Shown in pieces: positions 29,253 through 39,141 of a stretch of 64,000 bases of DNA. The translations under genes and the position numbers were made by a program. Position 1 is the stretch's first letter. Every line of letters begins with the position of its first letter. The stretch lies in the sequence record NC_061443.1; one strand, given 5' to 3'. Below the pieces are notes generated by a model. The model saw only the letters and a list, made by a program, of their open reading frames with translations, was not told the origin of the DNA and ran no database searches.

Positions 29253-30062
29253 TTACGCAGAGGCGGAGAAGATCTGTACCGTCTTCTCAAGTCCGGCTTG
29301 ATATGATTGTTCCACATCTTTGGCCGAACGACTGATAATCTGTTTTGTAGCGTTACCTGCTGCGGCAATTAATTCAACAGGCAGATTCTTTTTGTTCCAC
29401 GCATTAATCTGGTGGAAGACGCTAACGAGAATGGTACCAGCAGACTCTGCGAATGGTCCCAGTACTTCCGCATTAAGAATCTCTGCGAGCTGGCCGACGT
29501 CACGCAGCGCACGAAGGTCAGCAATGATTTCACGCATCTGGTCATAGAGTTTCATCAGTGCGTAGATATCACGGCTCTGTTTCTTTTTCAGGTAAAGCAG
29601 TTCACACTCACGCGCCATAGCCTGACACTGCTTGAACATGGTCATGTATTCTTGAATCTGATCGTTCTCTTGTTTGATAACGTCAGGAATATCAGCCATT
29701 ACCTCCATCAACTGGCCTTCAAGCGCAGCAACATCCGTGCCTGTACGTGTTTTGTCTTTCTTCTTCTTTTTCTTGATTACTTCAACTGCGTTTTCTTTCT
29801 TCTTCTTCTTTTTCTTCTTCGGCTTTTCGTCGATAGAAGCAACTGCCTTTTGAGTGCTGGCGATATCAGCGTAGAGTTCGGTTGGGTCGAGGACTCCGGG
29901 CATGATATCTTTTGATGGGTCACGCTTTTTCTTCTTCTTAACTTTCACGCCTTTGCTAACTGTCTTAGCTTTAACGGCAGTGGTCTTGGCTTTCACTTTC
30001 GCTTTGCTTTTCTTTGCCGGTTGCGCGTGTGAGCCAATGTCATCCAAGCTTATGGCAGCCAT
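29253..30062 (-). CDS. Hypothetical protein, Lys-rich N-terminus (poly-K runs) and helical C-terminus
   Basis: KKKKK runs; 269 aa ORF. Confidence 0.65.
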   Translation of the reverse strand: MAAISLDDIGSHAQPAKKSKAKVKAKTTAVKAKTVSKGVKVKKKKKRDPSKDIMPGVLDPTELYADIASTQKAVASIDEKPKKKKKKKKENAVEVIKKKKKKDKTRTGTDVAALEGQLMEVMADIPDVIKQENDQIQEYMTMFKQCQAMARECELLYLKKKQSRDIYALMKLYDQMREIIADLRALRDVGQLAEILNAEVLGPFAESAGTILVSVFHQINAWNKKNLPVELIAAAGNATKQIISRSAKDVEQSYQAGLEKTVQIFSASA

Positions 30063-30084
30063 AGGAAAATCCTCAGTAGAAACG

Positions 30085-30112
30085 AAAAAGGGAACCCCGC
30101 GAGGCTCCCTTT
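30085..30112 (-). terminator. Rho-independent terminator
   Basis: Minus strand AAAGGGAGCCTCGCGGGGTTCCCTTTTT. Confidence 0.7.
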
Positions 30113-30121
30113 AGGGTTTGA

Positions 30122-30928
30122 TTAGAAGCTGTGGCCTTTGATGATACCAGCAACTTTCGCGTAGTAGTCCGGGCTGTAGCGGAACACTTGTGCGTAGTAG
30201 CTCAACAGCTTAGGCACATCAACGCCAGCGGCAGCAGATACGCTATCAACCGCAGGGAACTGGTTCGGGTCCAGTTCGTCGCCAGACAGAACAGCTACCA
30301 TAGACATGGAGCTAATCTGTTCTTCATTGCCCTGCTCGTCAACCACCAGCATGGTGTTGTCGTCAGTAACGTTAGCAGCAACGAAACCAATCTTCAACGC
30401 ACCGCTGTTAGAAACGAAGCTGACCATATCGCCGCCAACAGCAGCAGCCAGAATCGCTTCATTACGCAGGATAGCCTGTGCCAGTTCAGGGCGCTGGGCT
30501 GAGAAGTTAACAGTCGATGCACCGCTGACAGAACGAATCATGTCAATCAGTTCAGCGTTGTCGTTGGCAGAGCTATCGCGTACCAGAACGTCTTCACCAG
30601 ACTCTGATTTGCGGACGCTCCACATGCGTTCAGACTTGTCCATGTACATGTTCTTAGACAGCGCCTGGAACTCGTCGCCCATCTGGGACACAGGGATGAT
30701 ATCCTGCATACGGCCGAGAATGGTACGAACGAAGCTGGTGGTCTTGCCGCCTTCGATCAGAGTGGACGCGCCTTCGACTGGAAGATATTCGCGGTTGCAG
30801 GATGCACTTACGATTGCGCCGAAGTTATCAGCGATGTTTTCACCCTGCGAGTGGGTTAACTGTACGATGGCAACGCTCTGAGTGTCGTTGACCTGATCGA
30901 TCTGTTTGATGAAAGCCTTCATTGTCAT
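30122..30928 (-). CDS. Putative head/prohead structural protein with three internal S-x-S-[A/G/C] sites
   Basis: IVSASC, RSVSGA, DSVSAA; CTAATTT motif and AGGAG RBS upstream. Confidence 0.5.
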   Translation of the reverse strand: MTMKAFIKQIDQVNDTQSVAIVQLTHSQGENIADNFGAIVSASCNREYLPVEGASTLIEGGKTTSFVRTILGRMQDIIPVSQMGDEFQALSKNMYMDKSERMWSVRKSESGEDVLVRDSSANDNAELIDMIRSVSGASTVNFSAQRPELAQAILRNEAILAAAVGGDMVSFVSNSGALKIGFVAANVTDDNTMLVVDEQGNEEQISSMSMVAVLSGDELDPNQFPAVDSVSAAAGVDVPKLLSYYAQVFRYSPDYYAKVAGIIKGHSF

Positions 30929-30951
30929 CTCCTGAATATTTCGACAATATG

Positions 30952-30958
30952 AAATTAG
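30952..30958 (-). promoter_or_regulatory. CTAATTT motif
   Basis: Intergenic, 24 nt before 30928. Confidence 0.6.
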
Positions 30959-30969
30959 TATACTTAGGG

Positions 30970-32133
30970 TTAGCCAGTGACGCGATAACGTGCATTGACC
31001 CAGATACTGCGGTTACCAACAGTAGCCCATTTGGTGGTCGGGCTGTTTGTGATGCCGAGCTTGCCGAGTGAACGTGCACCGTCAATCGCATTGGCACCCT
31101 GAGAACCATCACCGTCGTTTATTCCAGCTTTAGACAGTTTGTTCTTCAAGTTCGTAACAGGACCTTGAATCTCCGTTTCGAGCTTACCTAAGGCAGACTC
31201 GATGGACGGCGTACGGTCCATGTTTAAGTTAACCACCTGACCGGTGAAGTCAAATGCCAACTGACCTTCTGCTTGCAGTTGAGCCGCGAGCGCATAATAC
31301 GAAGCACAGATAACCCAACCGTTTAAGATTGTGCCCTGCATGTTCGTACCGTTGAAGCCTGTCACACGAGGACCAATCGTGTTGAACAACGCAAGTCCAC
31401 GATAGAGATAGTTGATTATCTCAGCCTGAGTGTACTCCAGCTCAGGGATAACGTTCATCGCACGGGCTTTGTTGATGTGGTCTTCTACCATAGACGCTGC
31501 AATCAGTATCTGCGGTGTAACAACCCAGAGCTTATACGTGAACATCTTCGTGGTCTTACGGGTATACGATGTGTGTTGTACGATTAAGCTGATAGGCTCC
31601 AGTCGTCTGACTGCTACCCACACAGGTATCTGGAACACACAGGTCTTGGCGCGGTTCACAACCATCTTCACACCCGAAGTACCGCCGTCGATATCAGATG
31701 CAATGATTTGGTTGTTAAGAGACAGTTGGAATCTCAGCTTATCGCCGCGCGTGTCGAAGTGGAACGGCAACGTCATCTCAAACGTTTCGTCATCACCAAA
31801 CAAGCACACGATATCTGTCACACGGTTCTCGGTCAGAGGCTCAACAATAAGCTCCTGACGAGACTGCATGATTCCTTCTTCGGACTCATAGCGCCATGAA
31901 AGCAGCAGACGTTTATCGTCCACCAGCCCCATGTTCGGTACAGCAACATCAGCAGTCCAAGCGCCCGGGATTTCCCCAGGCGTCGCAACTACTTGGGCAA
32001 GAATTGATTTATCATCAGGGTCAATGAGGCTTACGACAGGCCCCATATCATCCGATAGCGGGTACAGTGGTTCGTCTAGGTCGTTATAGAAACTTTCCTC
32101 GACTACCAGTACGTTACCTTCTGTTGTGCGCAT
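30970..32133 (-). CDS. Putative neck/head-tail adaptor protein (start corrected to 32133)
   Basis: C-terminal helical domain INKAR..N.....YT..EI..YL.RGL..FN...P....F, AL.AQ..AE....FDF.GQ.V.L..DR resembles myovirus neck proteins; beta-rich N-terminus. Confidence 0.45.
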   Translation of the reverse strand: MRTTEGNVLVVEESFYNDLDEPLYPLSDDMGPVVSLIDPDDKSILAQVVATPGEIPGAWTADVAVPNMGLVDDKRLLLSWRYESEEGIMQSRQELIVEPLTENRVTDIVCLFGDDETFEMTLPFHFDTRGDKLRFQLSLNNQIIASDIDGGTSGVKMVVNRAKTCVFQIPVWVAVRRLEPISLIVQHTSYTRKTTKMFTYKLWVVTPQILIAASMVEDHINKARAMNVIPELEYTQAEIINYLYRGLALFNTIGPRVTGFNGTNMQGTILNGWVICASYYALAAQLQAEGQLAFDFTGQVVNLNMDRTPSIESALGKLETEIQGPVTNLKNKLSKAGINDGDGSQGANAIDGARSLGKLGITNSPTTKWATVGNRSIWVNARYRVTG

Positions 32134-32134
32134 A

Positions 32135-33241
32135 TCAGTCCGCCTCAGTGAGTCCCAGACACTCAATCAAATTGCGTAGCTGGTCGTTGTACCCACCTTC
32201 GATTAGCGCTCTCGCCATAGCGACGTGGTTAGAGTTCGACATGCGCACAATCTTAGCCTGATACTCAGGAACGTTTTGCATGTTCTGACTCAGGTTGTAG
32301 AAGTAACTGCGCACGAAGTTCGTTCGTTCCACGTTGCTTGCTTCCATATCGCTTGTGTCCTGTGTAGGAGTCAGCAACAGGTAGAGGGCAGCAAGCAGTT
32401 CAGGACTCTGATCCACTAAGGGCGAAGCAAGAGAAGCAGCGAACTTCATCAAGCCTTTCGCAACGAAGTCAACCACAGTCTTGTTCAGATACGCCGTACC
32501 CGCTTTGCCTACGTTAGGCAGATACAGGACAGGCAGTATGTAGATACAGAAGTACAGCGGAAAGTCTTTACGCATCACGTCGGGGATAAGCATCTCCGAG
32601 TAGTCTTTCCAGATGTTCACGTTGAAGTGCCATTCATCGTAAGGCACGGTACGCATCAGGTTCGACACCGCTAAGTCTTTCACTTGGTTCGCCTGCGATG
32701 CAAGATCGCGAGCGCTCTGCGAAGGAGTCAGTGACGAACTCGACACAAGTTGAACGTAATTGCGAGTGACTGCGCCTACAGTGTTGTAGATTACGTTCAG
32801 CATTTCAACGCCGTTACCATTCAGGCCGAAGATAACAGAACGAGGAAGACCGATAGTGATGTACTCGTTGTTATTGTCCACGCCCCACAAGCGCCAGTAG
32901 CGCCCGCGTCCAAGTTGAGTCATCGGCTGCGGGAGAATACGGTTGGCGCGAGGTTTCAGGCAGAACGTGAAACAGATACCGCTGTCAATCATGATCACTG
33001 AATCATCAGGACGATTCGAATAACCCATCGACATATCGTTGTCTGTACTGTACACGTTCACCAGAGTGAAGTTCTGAGCCTTTGTGAAAGGCATCTGCGC
33101 TTCAATCAAATAGCCGAGGACTTGTCGCAGGATAGTATCGAGCACATAAGGAGAAGCGGAACGCATTTGCTGCGGACGATACTGACCGCTATACGTGTTC
33201 TCCTTGAATGTGCGATCTACCTTGAAGTGCGTCAACGCCAT
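32135..33241 (-). CDS. Hypothetical protein, probably virion structural
   Basis: 368 aa ORF in an operon downstream of a CTAATTT motif. Confidence 0.6.
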   Translation of the reverse strand: MALTHFKVDRTFKENTYSGQYRPQQMRSASPYVLDTILRQVLGYLIEAQMPFTKAQNFTLVNVYSTDNDMSMGYSNRPDDSVIMIDSGICFTFCLKPRANRILPQPMTQLGRGRYWRLWGVDNNNEYITIGLPRSVIFGLNGNGVEMLNVIYNTVGAVTRNYVQLVSSSSLTPSQSARDLASQANQVKDLAVSNLMRTVPYDEWHFNVNIWKDYSEMLIPDVMRKDFPLYFCIYILPVLYLPNVGKAGTAYLNKTVVDFVAKGLMKFAASLASPLVDQSPELLAALYLLLTPTQDTSDMEASNVERTNFVRSYFYNLSQNMQNVPEYQAKIVRMSNSNHVAMARALIEGGYNDQLRNLIECLGLTEAD

Positions 33242-34536
33242 TACTTAACCGATTGTTTGAGCAAACGTTTCTGCTGCGGATTCAGACCCATCACGTCGGA
33301 GATTTCATCAATCTTACGCAGAGTCAATACGCCTTTAGCAGTGCCGCCGGAGCCAGTCAGGCTGATCTTAACCAGCTCGCGTCCGCTACGTCCACGAACG
33401 ACCTGATGGATAACGCTGTTCTTACCGCCACGTCCAGCACGAAGTACAGTAGACGCCATGCCCAGGATTTCAGTGATAGCTTCTTTCTTCTCGGTAGGGC
33501 TAAGGCCAGGCACCAGACGAACGTACAGGCTATCGTTCTGCACACGGACGCTATCGAAGATCTCTTTCTTACGACCGCGAATATCGTGTTGAGCATTACC
33601 CAGCTGGGTAGTGTCGCGCAGGTTCTGAGTTGAGCGATTGATTGGCTTACGTTCGCTGTAGTTCAGGAAGCCGTCAACAGCCATAAGCTGGTTGATAGTA
33701 CGCTTCATTTCTGGAGCAGTAGCAATAAGACGACCCATCGGGAAGCTACCCGGAACCTTCTCGTCAACGAGTGACGTCAGGAAGTTTTCGCTGATGCCAG
33801 TTGCTACCGCGATCGTGGTAGACAGCACCATTGCGTAGTTCGGGTAGTGCAGGCCTTCTGAGTTCACGAAGTTATCAATGAACACATAGGTCTGGAAGCA
33901 GATAGGGTCAGTGCCAGACGCGATGAAGGTACGGGTACGAATCTTCGAATAGTCTTCTTTATTCAGAATCTTCGACAGGTAGTTGGCGATGGTTGCAGCC
34001 AGCTTGGTGTGTTCCTTAGGAGCGCCGTTCTTGACGTCGATGCTCATAAGTTTAACCAGACGTTGCTGCTGGGTCTTCGCCTGTTCGATGACGCTTAACA
34101 GAGACTTAGCGGCTGCGTTCTGATCTTTGAATGCGCTGAAAGTCTTGCTGCTAAGAATCTGATATGCAACAGCCAGCTCGCCAATCGCTTGGCTCAGTTG
34201 GCTTACCTGATTGTTATACTGCGCTTTACTGCGGACGTCAGTGATATCAATCTTAGACAGGTCGATAACCTGATTCAGGTCAATCGCTTTGGCCTGTTTG
34301 CCTTTGATTGAGCCTTCGAGATCAGACAGCTCAACAGCTTTAGGGCTGGCGCTGACCGACAGAAGTTTCTTTGGAATAGTGACTGAGGTGGCTTTAGCGA
34401 TAACTTTGTCGAGTACGTTACGGAACTCTTTCGCTGTACGCGCACCGCGTAACGCAGTCATATTCCCAGAGCTATAGTCAACAGATGCGCTGATGCTGCT
34501 AACTTCATTGTTTTTGGCAGTCTTAGCCATGATCAT
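33241..34536 (-). CDS. Putative internal head/structural protein with SISAS and SVSAS sites
   Basis: MAKTAKNNEVSSISASVD, LLSVSASPK; CTAATTT motif at 34569-34575. Confidence 0.55.
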   Translation of the reverse strand: MIMAKTAKNNEVSSISASVDYSSGNMTALRGARTAKEFRNVLDKVIAKATSVTIPKKLLSVSASPKAVELSDLEGSIKGKQAKAIDLNQVIDLSKIDITDVRSKAQYNNQVSQLSQAIGELAVAYQILSSKTFSAFKDQNAAAKSLLSVIEQAKTQQQRLVKLMSIDVKNGAPKEHTKLAATIANYLSKILNKEDYSKIRTRTFIASGTDPICFQTYVFIDNFVNSEGLHYPNYAMVLSTTIAVATGISENFLTSLVDEKVPGSFPMGRLIATAPEMKRTINQLMAVDGFLNYSERKPINRSTQNLRDTTQLGNAQHDIRGRKKEIFDSVRVQNDSLYVRLVPGLSPTEKKEAITEILGMASTVLRAGRGGKNSVIHQVVRGRSGRELVKISLTGSGGTAKGVLTLRKIDEISDVMGLNPQQKRLLKQSVK

Positions 34537-34568
34537 CCTCTACTGGGTCTAGTATTCATGTCGAGTAA

Positions 34569-34575
34569 AAATTAG
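34569..34575 (-). promoter_or_regulatory. CTAATTT motif
   Basis: Intergenic, before 34536. Confidence 0.6.
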
Positions 34576-34642
34576 CGACTAAGGTCAGTTTTTCCCAACA
34601 TAGTTCTCGTATAGACTTTACAAATTTTGGGCTGTAGAATAC

Positions 34643-34672
34643 AAAAAGGGGCAGCCGAAGCCACCCCTTTTT
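34643..34672 (-). terminator. Rho-independent terminator after the H1-like gene
   Basis: Minus strand AAAAAGGGGTGGCTTCGGCTGCCCCTTTTT. Confidence 0.85.
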
Positions 34673-34702
34673 GTTTGTGCAGCGTCATACCGACCAGGTC
34701 GA

Positions 34703-35395
34703 TTAGACTACCACTTTACCTTTTGCTTTAGTCTTGGTCGCTTTTTTAGCGCCAGTTTTCTGAGCAGCGGTACCTTTGTGATGAACGGCTTTAGCAGTAG
34801 TCTGCTTACCGTTTTTCAGACGTGGCAGTGGTTTCAGCTTAGGCTTAACCAGAGTCACGGCCTTCGGTGCTACTTTCGGAGTCACCAGCTTACCGTCTTT
34901 GATGCCAGGCTTACGCGCTTTACGTGCAGCCATGCGAGCTTTCTGTTTAGCGATCAGGTTTTTGTAACCAGCTTTCTGTTTCGCAGCCAGGTTGCTCTGA
35001 GCAACTTTCTGACGGGACAGCAGCAGTTTACGAACTTTGTCCTGAGAAACTTTGGTAGCTTTCAGGCCAGCCTGATACTTAGCCAGACGCTCTTTCAGAC
35101 GTTGCTCGATAGACTTCGCTTTGCCTTTTGCTTTCTGCTTACGCAGGTGAGTGGCGCGCTCGCCGTCGAACTTTTTGTCAGCAGCGGTTTTCTTAGCAGC
35201 GGCTTTCTTCGGCTTAGCAGCAGCAGCCTTAGGTGCAGCAGCTTTTTTCGCTTTAGGAGCTTTAGCAGCCTTTGGCGCTTTAGCTTTTTTAGCAGCAGGC
35301 TTTTTAGCGGCAGCTTTAGGTGCTTTAGCTTTCTTAGCCTTGGAGCCGCCTTTAACCGGGTCGGTCGGGGAAGTCAGTTTGCGTTTTACGGCCAT
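34703..35395 (-). CDS. Histone H1/Hc-like Lys/Ala/Pro-rich DNA-binding protein
   Basis: KKAKAPKAAAKKPAAKKAKAPKAAKAPKAKKAAAPK repeats; very few acidic residues; own promoter motif and terminator. Confidence 0.8.
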   Translation of the reverse strand: MAVKRKLTSPTDPVKGGSKAKKAKAPKAAAKKPAAKKAKAPKAAKAPKAKKAAAPKAAAAKPKKAAAKKTAADKKFDGERATHLRKQKAKGKAKSIEQRLKERLAKYQAGLKATKVSQDKVRKLLLSRQKVAQSNLAAKQKAGYKNLIAKQKARMAARKARKPGIKDGKLVTPKVAPKAVTLVKPKLKPLPRLKNGKQTTAKAVHHKGTAAQKTGAKKATKTKAKGKVVV

Positions 35396-35465
35396 GATTA
35401 TATCCTCAAGTTACAATTGAACTTTCGTCCTTAGGGACATTAAAGTTTTTGAAATCAGCAAGTAA

Positions 35466-35472
35466 AAATTAG
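35466..35472 (-). promoter_or_regulatory. CTAATTT motif upstream of the H1-like gene
   Basis: Intergenic. Confidence 0.6.
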
Positions 35473-35514
35473 TATAATCTCTCCAGGAATCCTGAGGAAA
35501 TTTCCTAAACATTT

Positions 35515-36588
35515 TTACATAGCAGTATACCCTATTTCAGATAACACCGCGTTAAGTTCTTTGCGAGCACTCACCCGCAAAGACTTTTTAATTCCAGATG
35601 CCTTCAGGTAATCCTTTAGGCCATCACGTGGGTCAATATCCGCAAGTGTTAACTCGCTAACATCAACTGTATCTATATTATCGAGATCGACACGTTTATT
35701 CGTGGAATTAATTTGGGAAATATTTGGGACGCGAGTACGAATATCTGCTGGAATCGACACGGTATCTTTGACGATGACACGGTAGCGAATCGCTGGGTTT
35801 ACCTCAAGGCGTGACCAATCCTTTTGATTCTCAATCATAACTGTTTCGAGTCTAAAGCCAGGCTTACTATCCACAAACTTCCGCTTAACCACCAGCTCCT
35901 TATTCTTGTATGCAGCGCGGATATGTATGAATCCTTTCGGCAATGCTTCCCCAAACGTTTTCTGGTAGGGTGACCCACAATACTCGAAGCGTTTCTTCTC
36001 AAGCACCTGAGCCAGATGGATGTGACCACTAATCGTGTAGTCACGTGGGTCAACTTTAATATCGTGCTTCGCTTTGAGAGGGCGACCGTTATCCCCCAAT
36101 GCGCCTACAGCTTCAACATGACAGAAGTTCAGGCACGGCTTCTTGTGCTTGATACTCTCTTTCGCAGGGTGTGGCAGGAAGTTCACAACGATACCGTCAA
36201 TCTCTACCTGTTCTGGTCTGAGATAGATGTGCAACGATTTGAGGAAGTCCCACTCGCAGAATGTTTTGATAAGGTCCATGCTGGTGTTAGACATATCAGC
36301 CCAGTCATGGTTGCCGCCACAGTACCATGTGTCGATAACACCTTCGTACTTGAGGAAGAACTGGAGCAGCTTGCGCTTTGTCTCGTCGTCCATCTTAAAC
36401 TTGTCAGTGATATCACCAGGAACGAAGATGTGACGTATGCCATGCTCAACAGCGTACTGATAGATGCGGTCGATCGTTTCCAGTTGACGGTCAACGTGGT
36501 CTACAGGAAAATGATTAGCCAATCCTTCGAAGTGCCAGTCCGCAGTCACGAGGGCTTCAAGGAAGGCCGCTACTTTGTTCTTTTTCAT
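35515..36588 (-). CDS. sbcD: SbcD/Mre11 (T4 gp47-like) metallophosphoesterase nuclease
   Basis: TADWH, VPGDITD, GGNHD, FCH, ISGHIH, YCGSP.Q..F.E...KG. Confidence 0.9.
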   Translation of the reverse strand: MKKNKVAAFLEALVTADWHFEGLANHFPVDHVDRQLETIDRIYQYAVEHGIRHIFVPGDITDKFKMDDETKRKLLQFFLKYEGVIDTWYCGGNHDWADMSNTSMDLIKTFCEWDFLKSLHIYLRPEQVEIDGIVVNFLPHPAKESIKHKKPCLNFCHVEAVGALGDNGRPLKAKHDIKVDPRDYTISGHIHLAQVLEKKRFEYCGSPYQKTFGEALPKGFIHIRAAYKNKELVVKRKFVDSKPGFRLETVMIENQKDWSRLEVNPAIRYRVIVKDTVSIPADIRTRVPNISQINSTNKRVDLDNIDTVDVSELTLADIDPRDGLKDYLKASGIKKSLRVSARKELNAVLSEIGYTAM

Positions 36589-36617
36589 TAGTGTAATCCA
36601 CAGGTTTCAATGTCTGC

Positions 36618-36626
36618 TATTTACAG
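36618..36626 (-). promoter_or_regulatory. CTGTAAATA motif upstream of sbcD
   Basis: Exact copy immediately after a terminator. Confidence 0.7.
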
Positions 36627-36655
36627 AAAAATGGGCACCCTAAGGCACCCATTTG
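36627..36655 (-). terminator. Rho-independent terminator
   Basis: Minus strand AAATGGGTGCCTTAGGGTGCCCATTTTT. Confidence 0.75.
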
Positions 36656-36657
36656 GA

Positions 36658-38547
36658 TTATTTTCTGGCTTTCATTTTCTCCCTGTGGGCTTTGGACTTA
36701 GCTCGCATCTCAGTGACTCTCTCGATAGCATCCACTTCGACAAGTTCCATAGTACGCTCGATAATCTGCTCGGTCATTTGAGCAAGAGTGCCGTTCGTGT
36801 CCACCAAGAAAGCCTCGCCGTCACCTGACAGGTCAATCGCGCTAGGGAAGAGTTCCTCAACGGCGACTTGCACTAGATGACCATAGTCAATACGGTGTGC
36901 CAGTGTGTCAATTTCAGTCTTATTCAACTTGAGCTTTTTATTGGATAGAGTATCGTGCAGTCTAGGACGAATAGACTCACGGTCATCTACGCGCAAATAC
37001 TTATAACCATCAAATACCATCTTGGCTGCTCTATAGTAGTTGGCGTCCACTCTGTCTTTATGTTGCTCCAAGCTGTGCAGAGTAGCAACGGAGCACTTAG
37101 GATTCTGCAAGGCGAGAGAGCCTATTGCAGGAGTAAGCACGTAAGTCTTATACTCTCTACCGCCTTTCGTACCAAATTCCTCTTCGACGTAACGTGTCAT
37201 AATGCCTGCGGTGTTAATACGCGAAGCAGTGTACCAGAACAAAGACTCTGGATTGCTGGTATATTTAACGAGATTCCAGATCTCACTTGGTGCTTTAGGT
37301 AAGGTCCCCAGCACTGTATCACTATTGGCAACAGAGTACAGTTCGGCGTCGGCAAAATACGTAGACACAAAGCTATCTCGGCGTTCATTGGGCAGAGAGC
37401 GCAGAAACATATCCATTGCTCTCGGACGACCGCTGGTTGCTTCCCAAACATTTTTCAGTGTCTCAGTATCGCCCGCATATTGGGTCTGGATAGCAGAGAA
37501 GAACTGAGGCAGATCGTCATACTTACCGTTGCCTATTAACTCACGAACACAGGTGCGTTGAAACTCAGGCGTGCCCCATTTGCGTTTAGCCAGCATGGTG
37601 GCCATAACAGGGAAGCGCTCTAGGTAGTCAACAACTACCGCTTCTGCGTTCTCTGTATCTTTGCTCGCTACTATGCCGTCGATGAATTTATTAACATCGT
37701 TGTTCATCAAGGGTGCTTCAAGGTCATAATCAAACACACCAGCACGGCGATCTTCATACAGCTTGGAGTGGAGTTCGAACACACCTTTTCGTTCGGTTGT
37801 TGCTATGAATGGGTTGATATGTTCGTTCAGCCATTCCTGTAGCGTATGAATGAAAGGCATTGTAGAGTCTGGGTAGGCAAAGTCCACCAGATACAGAGCA
37901 TTCACCTTTTCAGAGCCTACAACGCGATCACCTACTTTCGTCTTACCCTTCTGGAAGTAGGGCTTGACTAGAGCACGAGCGACAGGTTTATTGATGTTCT
38001 TATCTTTAGGGTCAATCAGATAAGAGATCAGTGTACCGTTGGCAATATCCTGCTTGACGAACTTCTTATTCGCGCCGCCTTTCAAATTCATGCAACTAAC
38101 CCAACCTCGGTCCGTACTCATGCCCGCGATATCATACGGGTGCATTGAGATACAAATAAGTTGATGGTTACGTGAGGCATTAGCTATTGCCTTGCGCTGC
38201 GGGTCAGAGTCAAACATTTTCTTGAGCGCAGCGTCTTTCGCAAGGTATTTACCGATCTTAACAATACGGCCATGCGTGTCTTTGCCTGTGCCTGCGATAT
38301 AGTCCACCAACACAATGTCTTTTTCCATCAGTGCATCGACGATCTGAATCGGCGGCTTCACGTTTTGGACGATGTTCTTAATCACCGCATCTGTCTTGGC
38401 GTCGATATAAATACGCATTGCCTTGTGGCCTTTCTTACCGCTAATCTTTTCGAACAGTGCGAGTAGCGCAGGGTTAGGCTTCCATCCTTTTCTGTATTTG
38501 CGATACTGAGAAGGAGGTAGCGCAGACATACTTACCATTAATTTCAT
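36658..38547 (-). CDS. Hypothetical 629 aa protein with N-terminal VSMSA tag (putative packaged protein)
   Basis: MKLMVSMSALP; conserved-looking block HPYDIAGMST.RGW.SCM; CTAATTT motif at 38579-38585. Confidence 0.65.
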   Translation of the reverse strand: MKLMVSMSALPPSQYRKYRKGWKPNPALLALFEKISGKKGHKAMRIYIDAKTDAVIKNIVQNVKPPIQIVDALMEKDIVLVDYIAGTGKDTHGRIVKIGKYLAKDAALKKMFDSDPQRKAIANASRNHQLICISMHPYDIAGMSTDRGWVSCMNLKGGANKKFVKQDIANGTLISYLIDPKDKNINKPVARALVKPYFQKGKTKVGDRVVGSEKVNALYLVDFAYPDSTMPFIHTLQEWLNEHINPFIATTERKGVFELHSKLYEDRRAGVFDYDLEAPLMNNDVNKFIDGIVASKDTENAEAVVVDYLERFPVMATMLAKRKWGTPEFQRTCVRELIGNGKYDDLPQFFSAIQTQYAGDTETLKNVWEATSGRPRAMDMFLRSLPNERRDSFVSTYFADAELYSVANSDTVLGTLPKAPSEIWNLVKYTSNPESLFWYTASRINTAGIMTRYVEEEFGTKGGREYKTYVLTPAIGSLALQNPKCSVATLHSLEQHKDRVDANYYRAAKMVFDGYKYLRVDDRESIRPRLHDTLSNKKLKLNKTEIDTLAHRIDYGHLVQVAVEELFPSAIDLSGDGEAFLVDTNGTLAQMTEQIIERTMELVEVDAIERVTEMRAKSKAHREKMKARK

Positions 38548-38578
38548 GATGTTCTCTTTGTTCTGAATGTCGTACTAA

Positions 38579-38585
38579 AAATTAG
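38579..38585 (-). promoter_or_regulatory. CTAATTT motif
   Basis: Intergenic, before 38547. Confidence 0.6.
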
Positions 38586-38607
38586 TGTGGAAAGTAAAAA
38601 CGCCCCG

Positions 38608-39126
38608 TTAGGAGCGTTTGTTTTGTTCATTGAATCTCTGCCAATCTTTCCACCAGTGCTCGATGGGTTTGCCATTCTTGTACGCATAGTCGATACAGTT
38701 CTGCGTGCCAGACGGTGCACCGCAGCAGAGTGCAACTAGACGGTCAGTGTTATCCACCATGAAGTGATTGCGCTTGTTCAACGCAAATACTTCTTGGCCA
38801 TCCATGTGAACCCAATCTTCTTTCGAAGTAACAATATGGACTTCATGGCTCTTGTTCAACAGACCATCAAGTTCAAACACACTCGATATCTTCCACAGTT
38901 TGTTAAAGCCAGGAAAAGGAAGACAGGACACGACTCTGTGTCCTTGCTCAATAGCAGCGGTGGCGATAGCCATGTCAAACCCTAGAGCGCAGCCCACCCA
39001 TATTTCGGTGTCTGTCTCAAGGCGCAGCAATCGTCTATGAGCAAAAGTATAGAGGCGTCGTTTTGCCTCAGGGCTAAAGCCACCTAGATACTGTGGACGA
39101 TGGCCTGTAAAGGATAGTTTCTCCAT
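38608..39126 (-). CDS. YpsA/DUF1273-type SLOG family nucleotide-binding protein
   Basis: SFTGHRP, GCALGFD...A..A, LPF..F...W, RNHFMVDN.D.LVA...G..SGT.NCI.YA...GK. Confidence 0.82.
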   Translation of the reverse strand: MEKLSFTGHRPQYLGGFSPEAKRRLYTFAHRRLLRLETDTEIWVGCALGFDMAIATAAIEQGHRVVSCLPFPGFNKLWKISSVFELDGLLNKSHEVHIVTSKEDWVHMDGQEVFALNKRNHFMVDNTDRLVALCCGAPSGTQNCIDYAYKNGKPIEHWWKDWQRFNEQNKRS

Positions 39127-39132
39127 GCGCTG

Positions 39133-39141
39133 TATTTACAG
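39133..39141 (-). promoter_or_regulatory. CTGTAAATA motif 6 nt before the SLOG gene ATG
   Basis: Exact copy. Confidence 0.6.

Noticed and set aside
29253-30062. Possible small terminase subunit next to the HNH gene
   Set aside because: Position and helical content are suggestive, but there is no recognisable HTH or terminase motif and no large terminase in the window.
34778-35434. Plus-strand Phe/Ser/Leu-rich 218 aa ORF that looks like a membrane protein
   Set aside because: It is the reverse complement of the AAA/GCT-rich H1-like gene; the hydrophobicity is an artefact.
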